From positions 54,932,001-54,996,000 of the forward strand of contig OX597825.1 in NCBI GenBank assembly GCA_951406725.2: DNA of 64,000 bases, written 5' to 3'. Shown here in pieces: positions 55,644 to 64,000 of this stretch; the first letter of the stretch is position 1; each line of letters begins with the position of its first letter. Below the pieces are notes generated by a model that was given only the letters and a program-made list of their open reading frames with translations, was not told the origin of the DNA and ran no database searches. The DNA comes from Octopus vulgaris. Its lineage: Eukaryota. The translations under genes were made by a program, and so were the position numbers.

Positions 55644-55894
55644 CTGTGGAAAATGAAGAAGGTGAAGTTCATATCAATTAGTGTTGGGTCCTTAGAGACA
55701 GTACTAGAAGGCATCAAGAGGAATATAAAGGAGAGTGAAACAGAGTGCCCAGTAGAACTGTTAAAAAAGGTTTGCCTCCTTCGTACAGCCAGAATAATCA
55801 GGAAAGTATTAGACAGTTGAAAAGAATAGATAGCATGGTATCATAAGCAGCAGGTAACACGTCCACTATACATGCAAGGCTCCAAAGTTCCAAC

Positions 55895-55928
<34 letters not shown>
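55644..55928 (+). mobile_element. R4/Dong-clade (restriction-like endonuclease) LINE 3' end with (TAA)n tail
   Basis: 55644-55820 = LWKMKKVKFISISVGSLETV...LLKKVCLLRTARIIRKVLDS*, matching the RLE-LINE C-terminus LW....V.P.VVG.LG...LQK..LLGTARI.RKVL. Confidence 0.8.
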
Positions 55929-55929
<1 letters not shown>

Positions 55930-56319
55930 GTGTGATCCTTGCCAGGGCTATTGACTGGCCCCCATGCCAATGGCATGTAAAAAGCACCATTCGAGCGTGA
56001 TTGTTACCAGCGTCGCCTTACTGGCACTTGTGCTGGTGGTATGTGAAAAACAACATTCGAGTGAGGGCGTTGCCAGTGCCACTGGACTGGCTCCTGTGCA
56101 GGTGACATGTAAAAACGCCATTTGAGCATGGTCGTTGCCAGTACCGCCTGACTAGCTCTTGTGCCAGTGGCACGTAAAAGCACCCACTACACTCTCGAAG
56201 TGGTTGGCATTAGGAAGGGCATCCAGCTGTAGAAACTCTGGCAGATCAGATTGGAGCCTGGTGCAGCCATCTGGCTCACCAGTCCCCAGTCAAACCATCC
56301 AACCCATGCCAGCATACGA

Positions 56320-56322
<3 letters not shown>
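55930..56322 (+). mobile_element. RTE-type tail repeat
   Basis: Same tail as 27100-27478. Confidence 0.8.
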
Positions 56323-56397
<75 letters not shown>

Positions 56398-57175
56398 ACT
56401 GAGGTCCTTGCTTTGACTTGACAGTCAGTACAAATCCCCAGTACACAATATCTTCAATCTACGACATCACAATATTGGATACTGTGCAACGTCTTCAATA
56501 ATAATTTCAATAATAATGAACTTATTGCAGACAGTGTTCCAGAGTACTGTAGCAAAAGAAGGAACAGCTGTGGTACATTTTGTCACTGTTTTGCATCTTC
56601 CTCAGCAGCCGTAGCAACAAATTTGGAAAGTGTGCTTTGCTTTGGTTTCTGGTCCCTTACAGAAGACACTAGCATGGTGCATTCCAGAGAAAGGATTCCA
56701 AGTATCTTCTAAAAATGTTAGGAAAAACCTAGATCATTTTAGGAAACAGTTGTAAAATCAAAGATCTGTAATTGCTAAACTTTTACCAGATAGGTTCTTG
56801 CTGTGAGTGTGTGAGTTACAGTATAGGATAGGTTCTTGTTATCAGGATTTTTAGGAGGAGTGTGTTGGTGTATGATATGACTCATCTATGACAGTACCTT
56901 CATTTTGTATCTCCCATATATACATATATGCATGCACATGTGTATATATGTACATACACATGCAAGTGCATATGTACAAACTCCCATAGATGTAAACATA
57001 TGTATGTTGTACAATAGTATATATCATGAAGATATATATAAACACACATAGACAGACAGACAGACAGATAGATAGATAGATATGTAAACACTTGTAAGCT
57101 GAAGGTGTTGCTGCCCCCATCTCCAAATGCATGAGTTAATGCTTCATCAGGTGGTGAAATACCACGTGACATAGT

Positions 57176-57474
57176 TTGTCCCTTCTCGAGCCATGTCTGG
57201 CTCATAAGGGCCGGTTTCCCAGTTTCCTTGGTGTATAGGTTCCCCACCTGGATGGGGTGCCGGTCCATTGCAGATGAGCTGCAAGATGCAGGAGGAAAGA
57301 GTGAGAGAAAGTTGTTGCAAAAGAATCAGCAGAAGTTTGGCATTACCTTCTGCTGGAGCCATATGGAGCCTAGGTGTTTCGCTCATAAACACACAGATTG
57401 CCCGGTCTGAGATTCGAACCTGCGATTCCTAAACCACGAGTTTGCTGCTCTAACCACTAGGCCATGTGTCTCCA
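57176..57474 (-). mobile_element. Young tRNA-derived SINE with 13-bp TSD
   Basis: Minus-strand head tggcctagtggttagagc...ggttcgaatctc (A/B boxes). Flanks cacgtgacatagt (57163-57175) and catgtgacatagt (57475-57487). Confidence 0.85.
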
Positions 57475-59114
57475 CATGTGACATAGTGGTTTGAATGATG
57501 TGGTTACAATCATTAGTTCATAATTTCATTTTCTGACTGGGTAACATACTGTATTCTCAGGCAGGGCACTTTTCTTTCACATTAGCCCTCTCTGCTAAAA
57601 ACAGCAGTGAGAGACATCTGCTGGAGGGCTGACTCTATGGTGGATCAGTATCCCATTCAGGGGAGGAGGTCTTGTACTTGCAGTCACTGAAATACTATGA
57701 ACAGTAAGATAAACTTTGGCCTAATGGCCATATCATTTTGAGACAGACTTTCATGTAATATAATCTATGCCAAAAGCACAAATATTAAAAGACCGATGCC
57801 TATATTCTAAACTATACAAATTACAATACAGGGAATTATACATCAATACATATATATGTGTGTGTGTGTGCATGTATATTTATGCGTGTGTGTGTATACA
57901 CACACACACACGTATGTATAAATCTATGTAAATATGAGCGTGTGTGTGAAAGCATGTATTGATTATATGAATCCCAATATCAATCAACTATACCCTATAT
58001 CAAATGAAAGATATTAAATGCTGTTGAAATATGCTGTTGTTTTTATGTATATATACAATATATACACAAATACAGACATGGCTACAGTATTTACAGATAA
58101 ATATAGAGACACACAGACAGATACAAACTCTCAGACACCCACACTGTGTCAATGATATTAGTATAGCTTACACAATGATTTTGTATATGTATGTGAGTGT
58201 GGTTGTGTGTATCTATCACTTTATACAAATATGTTCACTCCCACACACACAGATATACATACACATGCATGTAGGCACATGCACACACAAACAAATATGT
58301 ACATATATTTATATTCATACACATATACATACTCACAGGCACACACATACACACATATATATATATGCAAGCATACACGTGTATACGCCCTCCACTTCTA
58401 TATCATATCAACCAACAAATATGTTGGAGTAAAAAATAATGTAAAACAACAACTAAATGAATATATAAATAAATAGAGAATAACTTCCCCCTCTTAAAAC
58501 AAAACACCAACAACAGCAATAGTAATAACAGCATGAATAAGAACAACAATGCCATCACCTTCTTTATATTTGGCAGCCAATATTGAAAGTGATTCAATAT
58601 GATGACATCTGTATTTATTTGTAGGGTGGATGTATATTATGTGGGTGTGATCGAGGAGAAGGTACCAGCTACTCTCTCCACCTCAAGTTATAGCAATATT
58701 TTCTTTTTTTTTTTGTTTTTGCTTTTATCTTCATTATCAGTATCTCATTATATTTTGGAGAGCTATAGTGAGAGTCATAGCATAAATGAAGAGAATGCAA
58801 CCGTTCTGAGTTCCAATCTTGCCAGGTTCATCTAACTCCAATTTAATTACAATCTGGTTTTAAATCTTTATTCCTTTCAGATGAGTATAGAAATCATTGT
58901 TGAGTGATTGGTAAAATGAATAAACAGCAGAAAGCCACTTAGGTGGTCTCCTTTACATTCTGACATCATACCCTGTTATGATTATCTCTGACTTAAAATT
59001 TTCTTCAGTTGATAAAATAACTACTTGTCAGATAATGAGATTAATTCGACCTGCAGAATCTCATCTGTCTTCAGTTTGAAGACTTGTATCCATATTTAAA
59101 ATCCTAGTTATTTG

Positions 59115-59336
59115 GCCAGTGGTGAACTAGAAGAATTGCTACAATGTCAGACAATATGCTTAGCAGCATGCCTTCTGGTTCTTTATGCTCTGAGTTCAAA
59201 TACCACCACTATTGTCTTCGCCCTTTCATCCTTTTGGGGTGTCAATAAAATAAGTACCAGTTGAGTAATGAGAGTCAATGTAATTCACTTACTCTCCCCT
59301 CAGAATTGCTGGCCTTATACCAAAATTAGAAAGAAA
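59115..59336 (+). mobile_element. Family-A SINE
   Basis: ctgagttcaaata...ctttcatccttttggggtgtcaataaaataagtaccagttgag. Confidence 0.75.
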
Positions 59337-60039
59337 TACTACTTGGTCAGTGGATGACCACTGATGGCAGATGGAAGAATTGGGATGGTTCCAATATTTA
59401 GGTAGTGATTGTGATTGTCAATGGTGAGGAATGGTAGAATCAACATAGAATCAACCAATATTTGGGTTTTGGGTAGTAGGGGTTGATCAATGACGATGGA
59501 TGGCAAAATTGGTATAGCAACAGAATGATGAATGGATGGTAGAACTGGTACAGTGCCAATGTTTTGGAGGTGAATGGCTAATAATAAATGGACAATGGTA
59601 GAATTAGTATTGTACCAATATTAAGAATTCTTGATGAAGAATGGAATACAAAATATTTTGTGGTATTTAGTTAGATCTGTTTCTAATTCATGTTCTAATC
59701 ACAATGATGTTACTTTTGCCTTTCATAATTTTTAGAAAGTAACTGAGTGTCCCTAGACTAGAGGAAAATAGAGGTTTTAATTTTATTTGTAAGTCCAGAT
59801 ACAAAGAAAATGCAGGAGAAAGATGTCTCTAACAGCCAACCTACTTTATAAGAAATCAACATTTTAACACACAAACCTTGGAAAAAAATTTTTTTCCTAT
59901 TCTTATTCTTGAACTGAAAACACTAATCTCTTTTCTCCTCTCGTTCAGTATTTTAATCCTTTTTGTATGAATCCACTCAGAACTGTCCCTTGTCACATTA
60001 CAGCAATGCCTGAAACCATGTGTAAGGTGTATATAGGTG

Positions 60040-61710
60040 CAGGGCTGGATTAAGACCCAGAGAGGCCCTAAGAAATTAAAAGATTTTGGTGCTCCCATTT
60101 ATATAAGTCAAACTATATACAATAATAGAACATAAAATAAATTTTTCTTTTTCTGAATGAAACAAAACTAACACTAAGATGGGAAATAAGGCTTCGTTTT
60201 GTATACTTCCACTTAATTTATATTAGGTTGTCACACATGAAATATCGTATTTGAAAGGTAACAATAAAATGTTTCAGAAGTGTCAGAGAACTGATTTATT
60301 TAATCAAAGTATGATCCATGTTCATTTACTACCTTTACCCAATGTTTCTTTAAGTCACATATTCCATCTTTAAAAAAAAAAATTCATCTTTTACTGTGAT
60401 AAACTGTTCAAATGCTTCAATTACCTCTTCTCTATTTAAGAATGTTTTATTGCTTATGAAAAGCTCAAAATGCTTAAATAAGTGATGATCAGTAGGAGAG
60501 ATATCAGGGGAATATGAAGGATGCTGCAAAATCTCATAATTCAGGCTTTGCAACTTTTGGACTGTAGCTTGAGTGTGAGGATGGGCATTGTCGTGGAGCG
60601 AAATTAGGCCATCTCTATTCACTAATCCGGTTTGCTTTTTTTTCAAATTCTCATGCATACAATCAATTTCCTGGCAATACAATGTTGCTGTTACCATTTT
60701 TTCTTGTTGCAAAAATGAATAATGAATAACCTCTTTCACAGACCACCATACAGTGACCACTAGATTTTTAAGGTGCAATGGTGGTTTTATGTAGTGTTTA
60801 GGTGACACTCCTGCATCTAATTACTACCCTGTTCTCCTGCTATTGTCAAAGAGTTTCCATTTCTCATCACATGTAATGATTTGATGCAAAATTGGTTCCT
60901 TTTCCAGTTGAGAAAGCAATAAGGAGTACACTTGAAGGCACCGTTTTTTTAAAAATCTCATTTAGTTGATGCAGAACAAACCTATCCATTTTTTTGACTT
61001 TTCCAATTTTTTTCAAGTATCAAGAAACAGTTGTATAACATGTTTGAAGTTGTGATGCAAGTTTTTAGACTGTTGTTCTTAGATTTTGTTCAACCAAAGC
61101 ATTTAATACATCATGCTGAATAACTGATTTTGGCCTCCATCTTGGTTCATTTTCAAGGCTATCATCTCCAGAATGAGATCTTTGGAACCATCTCTGAACA
61201 GTTCTGATGTCAACAAAACTATTACAAAAGGCCTGCTTCATATTCCACAGAGCTTCTGTGGCAGAGTTACCCAGTTTGTTCTCAAGAAAGTCACTCAACA
61301 TTGTTTGGTTATTATCATTTTCATAGGTTCTGTGGGTATGAATTTTGTATACCAATATTGTTTAGAAGGAAAAATAATCAAGATTAAATGCAAGGGATTA
61401 CATAATGGAGTTTTTAAATGACTGAAATAACAAGTAATTAAAAAATGCGACATTTCATGTGTGACAACCTAATATTTGAAGTTTCCTCCTACATTTTTGA
61501 ATTGCAAAGTCTTTGATCAGATCCCCCAAATTAATCTTAGGTAACACATCTGCTTCTACATTTAGCAGAGATAAGGCATCCCAAATATTATTTTAGCAAG
61601 TTCAAAGTGATTTCTTTTGTGCCATAAACCATTTACCATTTCTATTGTGCCCCACTCCCCTTGATGTCCTAAGCACATGCTCATTTTGCTTAATGGTAAA
61701 TCCTATGCTG
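60040..61710 (+). mobile_element. hAT-type MITE split by a mariner insertion
   Basis: Both halves align to the 2518-2939 copy. Flanks tataggtg / tatagggt. Confidence 0.8.
60223..61472 (-). mobile_element. Full-length (1250 bp) decayed mariner transposon
   Basis: 30-bp TIRs (ttaggttgtcacacatgaaat..., 2 mismatches) with TA TSDs. Transposase fragments KLGNSATEA...RTVQRWFQR...LENEPR.RP and HDNAHPH...HPSYSPDISPTDHHLF (33 residues between the Asps here vs canonical D34D). Contains frameshifts and stops. Confidence 0.95.
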
Positions 61711-63426
61711 TATAGGGTTAGTAAAGTACTACCATCCATAACTTACAGGTGAGTATGGCTTGATAAGATGTCCCCTGCTTTTCGACTTTTTACTAGGTGC
61801 CTATATAGTTGCAAGTGGACATGGGCACCTTTTCAGACCTTCACTCTTGACCCAGCAGTACAGAAAGCTGCAACAGCACTCAGTTGGTACTCATTAACAC
61901 CTGAGTAGAGTGGAGTGACATGAAATGAGGTGCCTTGCTCAAAGACAACACACTGCCCAGTTCAGAAATTGAACCCACAACCTTATGATTATGAGCTGAA
62001 CACCCTCACCATTAGTACCTCTTCTGTATATAAGATGTTCATTTGGAAAGTAAAATTCCAGCTGAGATTATTTTTTAGTCAATGAAACATTTGTCATGGT
62101 ATGATAAAAGAACTAGTTTGTTAAGTTGTAATTAATGTTAATACGTATAAGAACAATTATATATTATGTAAGAACTTTTTATTAGGTTGTAATTAATATG
62201 TAAAGAACTATTCGTTAAATGTCTAACTATTGGAGACAAGTTGTCGTTAAAAGATAATTACAACGTTCCAGACTATTAACCTTGTCTTTACTGATGGAAT
62301 TTTTTTTGTAATATTTACACTGACACAAGAATGCCTGTGTGGTTAAGAGACTTGATTCCCAGGCACACAGACTCATGTTCAATTCCACTGCATGGAACCT
62401 TGGGCAAATGTTGTTTACAGTTCTGGGCTAACCAAAGCCCTGCAAGTGAATATGGTAAATGGAAACCAAAAGAAGCCTCATATATTTATGTGTGCATGTG
62501 GTGGGTTATCTCTTACTTGTTTCAGTCATGAGACAGTAGCCATACTGGGGCACAGCCTTGAAGAATCTTTTTTTTAAAACCTGGGACCTATTCTGTTGGA
62601 CTCCTTTACCGAATCACTTAGTTATGGTGACATAAACACACCAACACTGGTTGTCAAGTGGTGATGGGGGTCAAACACAGAAACAAACACACACACATAT
62701 ATATATATATTTGATGGGCTTCTTTCAGTTTCTGTCTACCAAATCCACTCACAAGACATTGATTGGCCCAAGACTATAATAAAAGACACCTACCCTTAGC
62801 GTCATGCAGTGGGGCTGAACCCAGAGCAATCTGGTTGGAAAGCAAGCTTCTTACTGCATAGACAAACCTGTGTCTATTATTTTCCTTTTGTTGTATAGCT
62901 GAAAGGTGTTTGTCCATTGTATATGTAAAATTTTTTTCTGTTGCACTTTCATCATTATTTCATAATATTATGTTCGTCCAACAGTTGAAAGACCCTTTCT
63001 GTTATTTATTTATTTGTATTTATAAATGTACAATTATTTTCCTTCTGTTGTATAGCCGAAAGGCGTTTGTCTGTTGTATATGTTTAATTCTAGCTTTTTT
63101 GTTTTTGTTTTCATTCTTGTTTTCCTTCTTGTAAACATTCATTTGCTTTTCCCAGAGGCTTAATGCTTTTAGCTTAGGTCTCTGGCACTTGCCAGACTTG
63201 AGTTGTCTCAGTGATAAAAAAGTGCGAAATTGCAAGGACTTTCCAGACACTGACTGAAGAGGAAATTAGCTGCGAATGATTCCTGTATCTTGATTTGTCC
63301 TGTTTACCATTTGTTATGTTATCGTCTATTTTTCCGCATGTTGTGTTCTTTCTGTCCTACCCTTGATATGTGTGTGCATATGTGTGTGTGTGTGTGTGTG
63401 TATTACAGTTCTATATTTAAGAGATG

Positions 63427-63822
63427 ACATTTGACGGATATTTCTCCTCATCTTGTTTGTTGTCAACTCAATGTTTCAGCTGATATACCCTCCAGCCTTC
63501 CTCAGGTGTCTTGGGTTCTCATTTCTAAGGTACTTTTTGATGTTGTTATTATTATTATTATTATTATTCACAGGCATATGGCATAGTGATTAAGAGCACG
63601 GACTACTAACCCCAAGATTCCAAGTTCGATTCCAGGCAGTAACCTGAATAATAATAATAATGATAATAATAATAATAATAATAACATTGAAAAATAATTT
63701 AGGAATGAGAATCCAGGTTCGAAATTTCCCCAAGACACCTGATGAAGTCTGGATGGTATATCAGCGAAAACATTGTGTTAACAACAAACAAGATGAGGAT
63801 AAATATCTGTCAAATGTAAATA

Positions 63823-63827
<5 letters not shown>
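63427..63827 (+). mobile_element. tRNA-headed SINE-like element with a Penelope-type hammerhead tail and an inverted duplicate of the tail
   Basis: Head 63571-63646 with A box TGGCATAGTGA and B box AGTTCGATTCC, then (AAT)n and GACAC CTGATGA...CAGC GAAAAC ATT GTGTT (63734-63779). An inverted copy on the minus strand reads GACAC CTGAGGA AGGCTG-GAGGGTATAT-CAGCT GAAAC ATT GAGTT (63465-63510). Confidence 0.8.
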
Positions 63828-63863
<36 letters not shown>

Positions 63864-64000
63864 CATGTATGTATTCATGTAAGTGTGTGTGTGTGTATGT
63901 TATATGTGTGTGTTTGAGTCTCTTTGTCTTGACATTTTATGTTAGTTGTAAGTGAGTGTCACTGTCATACAAGCAGTGTCATTCATTTCCAATATTTTAT

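Noticed and set aside
56323-56397. (AAT)n/(ATT)n palindrome
   Set aside because: Simple juxtaposition of two oppositely oriented microsatellite tracts.
57125-57155. CTGATGA-A-GCAT..ATGC on the minus strand (similar cases at 40838 and 63254 on the plus strand)
   Set aside because: CUGANGA and a stem are present, but no GAAA/UH half or closing stem I follows, so these are not counted as hammerheads.
63571-63646. tRNA gene
   Set aside because: A and B boxes are present, but the cloverleaf is imperfect and it is fused to a repeat tail; it is a SINE head.

Overview
AT-rich, microsatellite-dense eukaryotic DNA that resembles an Octopus (coleoid cephalopod) genome, judged from its tRNA-derived SINEs, RTE-type tails and (TA)n/(TAA)n load; the species is inferred, not proven. 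Most of the window is non-coding, and almost all ORF-track entries are microsatellite read-throughs or transposon debris. Clear mobile elements are a 5'-truncated CR1-type LINE RT (27981-29174), a decayed mariner (60223-61472) nested in a hAT MITE whose uninterrupted sibling lies at 2518-2939, an internally deleted Tc1, a rearranged Helitron plus a 126-bp mini-Helitron, R4/Dong and RTE LINE ends, many SINEs, and a ~2.5 kb (TA)n tract. Host-gene evidence is limited to a clean 24-nt microexon on the minus strand (12587-12610) and a tentative phase-consistent set of small plus-strand exons. The most striking signal is about ten minimal type I hammerhead-ribozyme motifs of the Penelope-element type in unrelated short elements. 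One is intact (26920-26980, minus strand), several sit in long fold-back repeats next to (TA)n, and one is joined to a tRNA-derived Pol III head (63427-63827).
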